Shown here: piece by piece, positions 24,301-36,523 of the stretch
Position numbering within the stretch: position 1 is the first letter of the stretch
Layout: each line of letters begins with the position of its first letter
Source of the DNA: Chlorokybus atmophyticus
Lineage: Eukaryota > Plantae > Mesostigma and Chlorokybus algae
NCBI GenBank assembly: GCA_009103225.1
Contig: RHPI01003642.1
Location: 1,169,099-1,233,098 of the forward strand
Length of the DNA stretch: 64,000 nt
Direction: 5' to 3'
Translations under genes and position numbers: made by a program
Notes under the pieces: generated by a model
Told to the model about the DNA's origin: nothing
What the model saw: the letters and a program-made list of their open reading frames with translations, nothing else
Databases searched by the model: none

Positions 24301-27300
24301 CTCCTTTAGGTTACGGTGGCGCACGCACAATTGCAGTGTTTAGTCCCCGCCGGTGTTGGTTCCAACTTCGCCGTGACCGTAACTGTCTCTGGTCAGTCGG
24401 GTTCCAAGCCCTCTGCCTTCTCCTACTTCCCTCCCGCCCTCCCTTCCTCCCAACTATCCGCGCCCTTCACGGGCGGGAGCGCCAACATCACGGGGACGAA
24501 TTTTGGGCCTGCTGGATCCGCCAACATCGGCGTGCAGTTCACGGTGAGTGGTTGGTGGGTGTGGGTTGGGAGAGGGGGTGGCATGTGGATGTGGTGAGTG
24601 AAGGTGTTGGGTGAATGCAGGCGAATGGCGCAGCGTTCCAGTGTGTGTCGCTAAGTGTGGTGGTGGCCAACACCATCGTCACGTGCGTGTACCCGCCAGC
24701 AACGGCGCAGGATCTGTCGCTGGCATACACGGTGACAGTCACTGTCGGAGGCCAGAGTAAGTAATCACAGCGTGTATCTTTGGGTGTGTGCACGTGCGCA
24801 TGCATGAGTGCGCGCACGCATACTTGCGTGCGCGAGTGTGCATGCAGGAGATGTGTGCAAGCATGCGTGCGTCTGTGTCCGGTACGGTTGACTTAACACC
24901 AACCAAGCAAACACACTCTCAAACTCATCTCTCCCTTCTTCACAGCCAGCGGCAGTTCCGGCACTGGTCTGTTCAAGTACGAGGGCCCCGTCGTGACATC
25001 TGTCTCGACCGTGTCGTTCTTCGGCGGGACCGCGCAGATAACGGGTCGGAACTTCGGGCCCCTCAACTCGCTCGTCACCATGACGATTGGAACACTTGTC
25101 GTCGGGAATGGGGCCAACGCAGACATGGACGGCGCAGTAAGTCTGTGTGAGGAAGTATGTCAGTGGGTTCTGTTCAGTGGCTTGTTGGCACTTATAGGTC
25201 CCTGCACCTTAGCATGCATCAATGCATCATGCGTGCATCCCTGTTTGAGCACGCATGCACGCACGCGCAACCAACTGTCCACTTGCCTGGGCACTTTCGC
25301 TACCCAACATGTCGCATGTTTCCCATCAACTGAGGGCCTTGTTGTGTGTCTGTTTGCAGGTGACCTCCTGCTTGGTCACCTCGCAGGACACGGCCATAAA
25401 CTGCACTGTGCCAGACTACCTCACCCCGAAGGTCAACTCGATGTCCCCCGGGAACTTAAGGATCACGGTTTCCAACGCGACGACGCAGACCAGCGCCAAC
25501 TATGGCGCGTTCGCGTACGAGGGACCCGTCGTCACCGCCGCATCATACGGGATCAACGGGTCGCAGTTTGGAGGGGACACGATTGTTGTGACGGGAAGGA
25601 ACTTTGCAGTGACGAGCGGGTTCTCGCAGGTACTAGTGCGTGCGTGTGTGCTTGCTGTGAACAACATGCAGTCAGTCTTTGACGAGTGAGAGTCAGATGA
25701 TGCGTGATGGTGGTGTATGCATAAGGAGAGAGAGCTTTCATGCGTGGTGATACTTCCCAAGCCCTAACATCAGCATTGATACTACTACACACACTCACAC
25801 ACACCTTCACCCTACCTTGTCCCCGCAGTCCTCCGCAAGTTTACTCTTAACCTCCGCCTCCCTCGGCGGCGCGTCCGTCTCCGGCGCCAAGCTTGTCAAG
25901 AGCTCCACGCTCGTCTGGCTCGCTAGTCCAGCGTCCCCCGCCGCCCCACTCAACGGGCAGAACCTCGACATCGTACTCAACATCAACGGCGTGAGCACGG
26001 GAAGTAGCGGGGGGAAGAGCTTCTCGTATCTAGGTACGTGTTTTTGGAATGATGTGTGGTGGGGGTATGTGTACTTGTATGTAGTGGTGATGGTGTATGT
26101 TGTTGTGCAGGGCCGGTGGTGACGGGTGTGTCGGCGCCCGGTACGGCCGGAGGCACGCTCACCGTACAAGGCAAGCGGTTCGGGCCCGTGACTACGGGAG
26201 GCGTGTACAACTACTTCACTGGCTCATCTGGCGGCGTGCAGGTACACACAGCAGTGATGTGATGGCTGCTGACCATGACCATCAACCGTGTGTGCGTGTG
26301 GTAGTTATGACCAACACACCTGCCTCTCTCAGGTGTGTGCGAACCGTGCCTGCACCCAAACCATCCCCTGCTCCTCCCCTTCCGTCACCGTGTCCGATAC
26401 CACCATCGAATGCCAGCTCTCCTCCGGCGTGGCCATCAGCTCCACTATCATTCTCACCCTCAACTCCCTCTCATCCGGCACCTCCGGTTCATCCCTCATC
26501 ACAAGTCAAGGACCCACTATAACCTCCGTTAGCGGGCCTTTGTCCACATCGGGAGGGACATTAACAATACAAGGGAGCAATTTTGGACCGGTGGGGGCGG
26601 GGTTCGTGTCGGTGATGGTGAATGGACAAACGTGTACGGGAGCTAGTGTGACACAAGCCCACGTAACGATCGTGTGTACAACGCAACCCGGCACGGGGAC
26701 GTCTCTCCCAGTGATAGTCACACTTCGCAACTCAGATGGACTCACACTCTCATCCCTTCCAGCACCACTCTTCTCGTACTCAGGACCTGTCATATTCTCA
26801 ATCACATCTCCAACAACGGGACCTTCACCGAGGCTAATAACCATCACAGGGTTGAATTTCGGGCCCGCGGGTGGGAATGGAAAAATCACAAGCGTGCAGT
26901 TTGCGTCGGATGCGAATGGGAATAATATTGGGGATGCGTGCGTGAGCGCGAGTGTGACTCAGGCCAACACGCAGATACAGTGCTTGTTTAGTCGAACCGG
27001 ATCGGGGACGGGGAACTTGTTGAGGTTGAGCATCGATGGACAGGCAGCACCGGACTTTACGGACTTTGACTTCCAACGTAAGGGAGTTGTTGTTGTTGTG
27101 TGATGGTGGTGAGGAGGTGACAAGTTGTGCTTGTGCAGCGCCGGTTGTTTCTAGTGTGATTCAAGCCCCTTCTATTTTCGGCGGCGTGTTGAAGCTGAGC
27201 GGTACCAACTTTGGTGACCAGATCGACGCCTTGACAGGTTTGTTGTTGTTGGCTGCAACTGTCCTTGTGTGTTGTTGTTTCAAACTAAACTTGAGCTGAT

Positions 27301-30300
27301 GTTGTATACCAACATTGCCACAGTGACCATCACCGGGGATGGCCCGGGGGCATGCGTCCCCGCGAGTTCTCCCACCCACACGTACCTCGACTGCATGTAC
27401 ACGTGCCAGACACCGTGCTCATCAATCAAACGCTCCATCACAGTACAAGTAAGCAGCATGTGTGTGTGCATGATTCGTGTACCGGTGCCTGAGCCTGTGT
27501 GAGTGTGTGTGTGCGCATACACGCGCACATGCGCGCACGCGCGCACAGTGTATTAAACCAACATACGAGCCTATGTGTACTTACAACACACGTACATACT
27601 ACTCAGGTCCGGAATCAGGACAGTGGCACTAGCGGCACCAACCTCCTCTCCTTTTCCGGTCCCTCCATCACCTCCATCGACCCCGTGAGTGTCTTCGCTG
27701 GTGCGAACAACCCGCTCATCCTCCGCGGTTCCAACTTCGGTTCCGTCGACAGCGACGGCGACGGCGTGGGCGACACCGACGGCAGCGTGTTGGAATCACT
27801 CCTCGTGTGTGCCAACTCCAACATAGCCGCATGCGACGCGGGGAATATGTGGTCGAGTGTGACGGCGGGACCGAGCGTGACCAACGGACCAAAGGTCACG
27901 ACATCCAATGTTGTGATAGTGGGGTACTTGGATCCGTCGGTTGTGGCTTCAAAGCTATCCGTTCGTGTTGTTGTATCGGGTTCGAGCTCGGGTGCGACGG
28001 GTGAGGGAATGTTGTCTTTGACGGGACCCAACGTAGCGTCCACGTCGTACGTGTCCACTCAAGGAGGGAGTCTCACTATAACTGGGTCTGGTTTTGGCCC
28101 CGTTGGAGTGCAGAGCCTCGTGTCGGTGACGTGGGGCGGGGTTGCGTTGGGCTCTAGCGCGTGTAGTGTCACGCAGGAGAGTATGACGTGGCCGACGGTG
28201 AAAGTGGGGATCGTAATGTGCACGGTGCCGGCGGGGAAGGGAGCTGTGGGACTTGTGGTTAGTGTCACAGATGATGTGGCGACTGTGGACACGCCAACGT
28301 ACACATTCAAGTACAACGCGCCATCCGTCACCTCGGTCACCAAGGTACAGCCGCGTGCATGGAGTTGATCCAACCAACATGTGTGTGTGTGCGCGCACGC
28401 ACGTGTGTTCGTGCGCGTGTGCGTGTGTGTGTGTGCGCGCGCGCGTGTGTGTCTGTTTGCGTGAACGCATCTTTCTCATTGTGTACATGCAGGTGCCCGC
28501 GTTGGGTGGTGTAGTGACCGTGACCGGCTCCTCCTTCAGTACATCTGTCGACAGCGTGTCCGTTGCCTCCAAGGACGGCAAGACGCTCTTCACCTGCGCC
28601 AGCGCCAACGTCACCGTCCCGCACACAACAATCCAGTGCCTCATGCCTGCGGGAGTGGGATGGGGATACAATGTGGTCGTTAGCGTTGGAGGACAAAACT
28701 CGGGGGCGTCTGGGACAGGTAGATGAGAATGTGTGTGTGTGTGTGTGTGTGTGGTGCGTCCATTCAACACATCACTAACGCATTGGTCAGGTATGTTCAA
28801 CTACACTGGCCCTGTGATAACGTCCGTGGACGTTCTCCCGACGGACGTGTTGGACCCAACTACCGGTGCACCACTCAGCCTCACTATCAACGGCACCAAC
28901 TTTGGCCCTGTGGGCCCATTGGCAGGTTCGCAACCACACCCAACCCAACCCAACCCAACCCAACATCCACCCACAACCTCACACGCTATCGTCACGCAGT
29001 CGCGATCAAGGTTGGCGGCGTCTCTATCCCCAACGCCCGCGTGGTCATCTCCGATACATCCATCAGCATACCCACATTCCCACCTGGTTCGGGTGGCCCC
29101 TACGACATCACCCTCGTCGTTGGGTCCCAAAGCACGGGTCCCGTGTCCGACACAACATCAACAACACCCGCCAACGGCTCCGGCGTGAAGAAGTTCACTT
29201 ACACGTCCCCGAGTGTTGTGTCGGCATCAACGGGGACATCTTTCTTCGGCGGGACACTCGTGTCGATATTTGGAGCCAACTTTGGGTGTGTGACGGGGAG
29301 CTCGGCGTGCCAATTGCCAAACACGCCGTCGGTTGTGAGTGTGAGTGTGGCGGGGAGTGCGTGTGGGAATGTGGTCGTGTTCAAGGAGTTGTTCCCGTCG
29401 GGACATGGAGTACAAATCACGTGCACGGCGCCACCACTACTGCGCGTGCCAACCATCACCAACAAGGTGAGTATGTTGTTGTTGTTGTTGTTGTTGTTGT
29501 GTCCATTGATAATCTCTCTTAACCCACCATATTCCCCACACAGGATGTGGTTGTGACCGTTAATGGTCTTACTTCGGGTTCCACCGGCTTCGGCGTGTTC
29601 AACTATACCGGTCCCGCTGTAACCGCGGTCACCAACGCATCGGTCTTTGGCTCTGTCATAACCGTGACCGGAACCAACTTTGGCCCTGTTGGCAAGTAAG
29701 TGGCTTACTGGAGTTGTATACTATGTTGGGAGAAAGAGGTTGAGGTTCATGTGTGTGTGTGTGTGGCTGCAGGGTTTATATTGACAAGATTGCTTATGGT
29801 GGGAGGGAGATCGATCTCAGTCAGGCCAATGCCAATGTCACCGTGGATAACACGCAATTGACGTTTGTTATACCGCCAGGGCGAGGCACAGCCTTGGACC
29901 TCACCATCACCATTGCAGGTATTGAATCATTGTCGCTTACACGCACGCATGTTGTGGACGTGTCTCACATGTTGTGTGCTGCAGGTCAAGCCGCAACCGG
30001 TGTGGCAATGTTGTACTTCATCGGTCCCCGTATCACATCCGTGTTGGGCCCAACAACATCCGGCGGGTCCGTTTCCATCCACGGTTACAACTTTGGTCCC
30101 TCTGGTTCTACCAACATCATCTCCGTTACAATCGGATCCAAAACTTGTTCCAACCCCACCGTGACGACAACAGACAGTGTCATCGCGTGCACGTTGGGTG
30201 CGGGGACGGGGACGGGCAAAGACGTGGTCATCACTGTTGTGGGTTTGTCTACCGATGGCGGCAGCGGTGCCGGCAAGTTCGCGTACTCCCCACCCAACGT

Positions 30301-33300
30301 AACGTCCATAACCCCACGCAACGCTGCCCCGGGAGCCACTATAACGATATATGGTACCAGCTTTGGGGCTGATATAAGCGTGGTGAGCGTGCTTGTCGAC
30401 GGAGTGGCGTGTCAATCCGTTGCGTTGGTTGTATCCCACACGCAGATAGCGTGCGTGACACCACTCGTGACGGGGACAGCGAGACAAGTGAAGGTGTATG
30501 TGGACACGCAAGCGAGTCAAGACGGCGTGTACATATCCTTCACGCCACCCGTCATCACATCAGTAAGCTCCCCACCAACAAGTGGTGGTATTATCACCAT
30601 CACAGGCACCAACTTCGGCTCCGACACAAGCGACATCAACGCCATCACAATCACTACATTGGGAGCGTGTCTCAGACCTTTCATCCTCATGCCACAAACA
30701 CAACTTGGGTGTGAAGTGGGTGCGGGCGTCTTGTCCCGCCTCGACGTGGTTGTGACAATCAACAACCAGAACTCGAGTAACACGGGAGCCAACATGTTTA
30801 GTTACCAACCACCGAGTGTGAGTACAGTATCGCCAAGTGTGGCGAGCTACCGCAACACAATCACCCTCACGGGCAACAACTTCGGGTACTTACTGAGCTA
30901 CATACAACTACTTGTTGGTGGACTCGCCGTCACCAGTGGGGTGCAGATCACAAGTCCACATACAACACTCACCTTCCCGATGCCGGCTGGCGTGGGACTG
31001 AACATACCCGTCGTGCTTTACGTGGCGGGGAGGTTGGCCACATCTCCCGCGCCAACAGTCGTGTCGTATGCGGCCCCAACTGTGTCGAGTAGAGGGATGG
31101 TTGCGCCAACAAGCACGGCGGGAGGCGTGTGTGTCATCGCGGGGACGGGGTTCGGTCCTGTTGCCAACACAGCCAATATGTTGGTTACTGTCAATGGCGC
31201 TGCGTGTACCAACCCGATAGTCACCACTGCGGACACGCGCATAAGTTGCACATGTCCACCTGGTGTCGGCGCACGCCTACCCGTCATTGCCACAGTCGCC
31301 GGGCAAGACTCGGGTCAGAGTGGCATAGCCTCCTTCAGCTATAACTTACCCAACATAACGTCCATCGTACCCGCTTCCAACATTACCCCAAACTTGCTCA
31401 TCTCCTTCATCGGCGACAACTTTGGGGCCAACGCAGCCAACATCACCATCACGATCAACGATCAGCCGTGTGGGAGCGTGGCGATAGCCAACCCGCACAC
31501 GAGGATTACGTGTCTCGCACCCAACGCAGTGGGAGCAAGTCAAGGTGTGACAGTGCAGGTGGGGAACCAACGTAACGATCCCGCAGCGAGCCCAACGTTG
31601 TCGTATGCCAACCCGGTTGTGATTAATGCCACGTCTGCGCCAACTATTGGAGGCATGGTTACTATTACTGGGGTCAATTTTGGACCTGCTGGAGCAGCTT
31701 ATACAAAGTTCTTTGACTATGTGAATGTTGGCAACTCCAAATGCACCAACCCACAGGTGAGGAAGAGTTATGTGATGGTTCGAGTCGTGGTGGGTAAGAA
31801 GTGTTGTGTGCGTGTGTGTGTGTGTGTGTGTGCGTATGCGTGTGCGTGCGCAGTTGCGTGTGGGTGTGGGTGCGCGTGTGCACATGTGCGTGTCGGTATG
31901 CGTGTGTGCGTGTGCATGTGCGTATATGTATTCTTATGCCTGTGTGTGCCATCAGGTGGTGGTTGCGGGTCAGCAGATCCAGTGCAAGGTTCCCGCATCC
32001 GCCGGTTCCAAGCTCGACGTCCTCATATCATTGCGTGGTTCAACTTCAGGCGACACCGGCAAAGGCGTGTACAGCTACCAGTCCCCAAGCGTGTTGAACT
32101 GCACTCGTCCCCCAACCTACGGCGGGACCGTGACGATAGCCGGCTCCAATTTCGGTCCCGCTGGCACAAACTTCCTCCAGAGCGTGTATATCGGCGGGAC
32201 AACCACGGCGTGTATCAACGCCACGGTCGCTATCGCAGACACGCAGATAATGTGTACAGTCCCACCTGGCACAGGGAGTGGCAAAGATATCGGCGTTATG
32301 TTGGGTGGGTTGGCTTCATTCAATGGCACAGCAAAGTTCGCATACCAAAAGCCTGTTGTGAGTTGGGTATCTCCTCGCAATCAAGGTGGCGTGTCCAACA
32401 TACGCATCACCGTTGGTGGCCTCAACTTTGGCTCCGACTATCGACTCGTTGCTATACGTGTGGGTGGGAGACTTGCCAATCCCAACACTTTGACGATGTT
32501 TCAGCCCTTTGGCACGTACGAAGCACAGATATCAATCGAGCTTCCGCTCGGAGCTGGTTTGAACCAATCAGTTGTTGTTACTGTTGATGGTCAAGACAGC
32601 GATATCAATCCCAACATGGGGTTCTCCTACAGCGCTCCCTACTTGATATCAACCTCACCCGTGCCGACATCAGGCGGGGTCACGACGATATCAGGGGGGA
32701 ACTTTGGCCCTGTTGGGATATCTATTCGCAACATCACCGTCGCGGGGAAGCTTTGTATCAACCCACAAGTTACAACCAATGACACGGAGATACAATGCGA
32801 GGTCCCACCCGGCATAGGGAAACAGCTTGATGTTGTTGTGTCGGTCACGGCCGATATCAACTCGTATGATTCTGGCAACAAGCTCTTTCGCTACCTATCG
32901 CCGACGATATCCGTTGTATCCCCGCATCAGGCTAGTGCGGGCGATATCGTCACCATCACGGGGAGTCAGTTCGGCACCAGCACGAGCGCGATGGATATCA
33001 GGCTGGTGGACTCAATCAGCAACGCAGTGTGGTTATGCACAAATCCAACTGTTGTTGTGTCGCACACGACGGTGTCTGCGAGAGTACCTGTTGGGTTAGG
33101 CACCAACCTCACGGTGATGATATCCATTGCAGCCCAGAGTGATATCAATAGCCCCTCAGACCCTGTGGCGATGTTCTCATACAACCCGCCGGTGATATCG
33201 AGTGTGAGGAGTGTTGGCACGCCTGGCGGTGTGGCTGTCATCAATGGCACCAATCTTGGCCCTGTTGGGTACACATCTGTCTCATACGCACGCTTCTTCA

Positions 33301-35410
33301 ACGCGCTTCCCAGCAACACAACACTCGTGTGCTCCTCGCCGCGAGTCACGGCGGCAAATGTTGGCATCGAGTGTGACTTACCAGCTGGTGGAGGTGCTGG
33401 TTGGGATGTGTTGATATCAGTTGGAGGCCAGGATTCCAACATGACTGGGTTGGGCGTGTACGCGTACTCTATCCCAGTGATACAACAACTCTCTCCCGTC
33501 ATCGCGAGTCCCGGCGATATCATCACTGTTACGGGTGCCAACTTCGGGTCCAACCTCTCCGCGCTGGTGATGTTGCTCGACGGCGTGGCAATATCCGCAC
33601 CCAACATCAACCTCACTAAGCCTCACACGCAAGCAACATTTGTTCTACCTGTTGGTGTTGGCAGCAGCGTGCTTGTGTCGGTGTCTTACTGGAATCAAAC
33701 CAGCATCGAGTCGGGTAACACCAACAACAACACCTCCCGTATCGCGTACAACCCGCCAGTGGTGATATCTTCCACACGCATGCCTACAACGGGTGGACAA
33801 GCCAACATCACCGGCACGGGGTTCGGCCCAATCGGCAACAACAACATCACCTTCATCACCATTGACAATGTTGCGTGCACCAACGCAACCGTAGCTGTCG
33901 CAGATACTCTCATCATGTGCGATATCGGCGAGGGCTCGGGTGGAGACCTCCCTATTATCGTTGATATTGCCGACCAGGAGTCGAAATCTGTGCCGTTATT
34001 CGCGTATCAAGCACCTATTGTGGAGATAATATATCCACCCGCAGCGCTGCCGGGTACTCTTTTAACCATCGATGGTGTGAACTTTGGGCCCGAGCCAACA
34101 CGAGGAGAGTTCAGCGTCATGGTGGGTGGTGTTGCGTGTGCCGACGCGACACTTGTTGTCCCACATACGCGCATAACGTGCCTCGTGCAAGAAGCTAAAG
34201 GCATCGCGCAAGCTGTGGTTGTGACTATTGATGGCGTTGCGAGTGATGCGCAAACCAACATCACGTTCACGTATTACAACTTTGGTTGTGTTGACAATGA
34301 GGCGGTGAATTATGATGTCAATGCCACGGCGGATAGAAGTCCCAGCGAGTGCGTGTTTGTCGGATGCAAGAACAAGTTGGCTCTCAACTACTGGCCCAAA
34401 GCCAACAAGGACAACTCCTCGTGCGTGTTCGAGCCTGTTGTGGTGGATATGGAGCTCAAGAAGGAGTTTGATGTGTATATGGCGAACGTGACGCAGAATG
34501 ATGGCATTGTGGTGGCGGATATCGGCAACCAGATGGGCATCAATGCCACGCGTATTAGCGTCACGGGACATAGAAAAGGAAGCACTATTGTCACGGTGTC
34601 CATCGCGGATGACCCAACCTATCGCGCTGTGCAGGTGCATATGCGTGTACATGCACTTGCGTCATGATGCTCTTGAGTGCGTGCATGCGTGTGTGGGTCC
34701 GTGCGTGTGTGGGTGTAGATGCGTGCGTGCGTGCGTGCAAGTGCTTGTGCTTGTGTATGTTTGTTCTCAAGTGTCTCCACTCTTGTTGCACGTGCGAGAG
34801 GTGGGTTAAACCTCAACTTCTCTCCCCAGGTTGTGGACAACCTGCAGGAGAGAATCAAGGAGGACAACTTCACCATGACCTTCACGCTGCTCCAGATCAG
34901 CGTGAAGAGCGGCTCGGGCAAACCCACAGAGACTAAGACTGTGGCAGGACTCCCTCGCATAGGCAAGTGCTGTCACTCAACTCGAATCAGCCCACTCTCT
35001 ATACATACAAAACAATGCAATAACAACTGACCTCTCCATTCCCTCATACAGGCAAGTACACCATCATCGCTGTCGGCGTGAGTCTTGTGGTGTTGGCCGC
35101 GTGGGCGCTATACTGGCGCAAGTCGTTGTTGTTGTGTTGTCGTCCAAGGCGCAACAAGACAGCTCCACTTGTGTCTGGCCAGATTGTTGGACAGGAAGAA
35201 GATGACAATGCCCACGTCACGTACACCAACATGAGCTACAACGCTACGTTTGTCGATCCCAACAACAACAACAGCAATGGACACGCACACACAAAGGCCA
35301 TTGGGCCCGTGAAGAGGCAGGCTCAATTGTTGATGCAGAGCGGAGGTACTGATACCACATTGACAACAACGGGTTCGAATGGTGCGGTGTCGTTTATGCG
35401 AAGGAGGTAA
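21359..35410 (+). CDS. Giant (~3,400-3,600 aa, estimated) type-I membrane protein: signal peptide, 3 bacterial cadherin-like repeats, 30 IPT/TIG domains, 2 GC-x-D/N Cys repeats, SEA-like module, TM helix and cytoplasmic tail
   Basis: Signal peptide LLPVPLLLPLMLLLLLLPTPASAS; repeats with TV(A/S)DVD and N(Q/N)(P/A)P motifs; 30 copies of P-x-(I/V)-T-S...GG-x-(V/I)-T-I-x-G-x-N-F-G-like TIG motif counted by eye; GCVDNEAVNY/GCKNKLALNY; HRKGSTIV; TM IIAVGVSLVVLAAWALYW followed by RK. Stop TAA 35408-35410. Confidence 0.88.
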
Positions 35411-35436
35411 TGTTGGCGGGGTCGGGTGGGGGGTTT

Positions 35437-35441
35437 TGTAA
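35437..35441 (+). terminator. Putative TGTAA polyadenylation signal (green-algal type)
   Basis: TGTAA lies 27-40 nt after the stop codons of four genes: 4707-4711 (PP2C), 35437-35441 (TIG), 51546-51550 (kinase) and, on the minus strand, 52077-52081 (VPS13). It is not seen at this distance for the other genes. Confidence 0.4.
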
Positions 35442-36523
35442 CAACCTGGCCCTGGACATAGCAAAGTGGCTTGGTTGTTTTGGATTCTGTGCAGTGAACT
35501 GAACTCTCATATACTGTAGTATATCTATTAAGTTGTAGCTAGGGTTAGGGCGCGTGAGGCGTTAATTAGACCAATTGGACAGCTGCTTGCTGTCAATTTG
35601 CAGTTACTGGCTGTTGTCTACATCGGCAGCAGTGCAATTGCAGTCTCTCATGTTGAAGGAAAAGTGGTTTGACAGCACTTAGGTAGCAGCCCGTGCACTG
35701 CTGCAACGAGGGCTCAGCAGCTTCGCACACCATGTTTTAACAACAAGAACCACACCTGCGACTCTGTGCAACTGAACAGGCATTTGCACACCGTGTAAGT
35801 TTTAGCAACGTTGCCAATAGCAAACCTTGGTTTAAGGTCTGCTGTGTGCGGTGTGTCACATAAGAATCGTAGTTAGTACTTTTCTGTGTTGGAGTGCGCA
35901 TGGCTGGTATTAATCGCTTATGTGGATAAGCACACATTGACGCACATAGCCTTTACATGGGACTAAACATACCCCTCTCAAATTTTCTGTACATACACGT
36001 GTACACGGTTCTAGTTGCTAGTAGCATGCCCACTCAAAGTAGCCACCACCGCGGACAACAACAGTGTACTAGTTTACAACGGTCTTGATTGCAGTAATGT
36101 CTGACTCAGCAAACTGCAAGAGTACTGTCCAACTTCGCCTTCTTGTTGGTGTCTGCAGCTTCACAAGCGCCAGCACATGCAGCTTGCTGATAGTGGCGGT
36201 GTGTCCCATCACAGTGGGTGTTGGTTACCTGTACCCCTTCGTCGTTAACACTGTATCACACAATCAGGGTTCCACGACCAGACACACCAATACACACACT
36301 ATACAAGACCACCAGCGACAACCACTGACCGATCTGTCTCATGTTCAACAACAGCGACGACGCTGTGGCAAGCCATGAACATAACGTGTATGTATGGGGT
36401 GAGCAGTCACACCACTCTCCCATGCACATGCCGACTCGGTCTGGGCCGATGTGGTGTGCATGCATGTGACGGGGCAAGGCAAGCAACAGCTGCCATGCCC
36501 ACGCGCCGCAGCCTTGACGGAGC

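Noticed and set aside
22571-34900. Many ORFs with CVCVCV/HTHTHT/RARV runs on both strands, including apparent N- or C-terminal extensions of the TIG ORFs
   Set aside because: They are translations of intronic (GT)n/(AC)n microsatellites or antisense shadows of the TIG exons.
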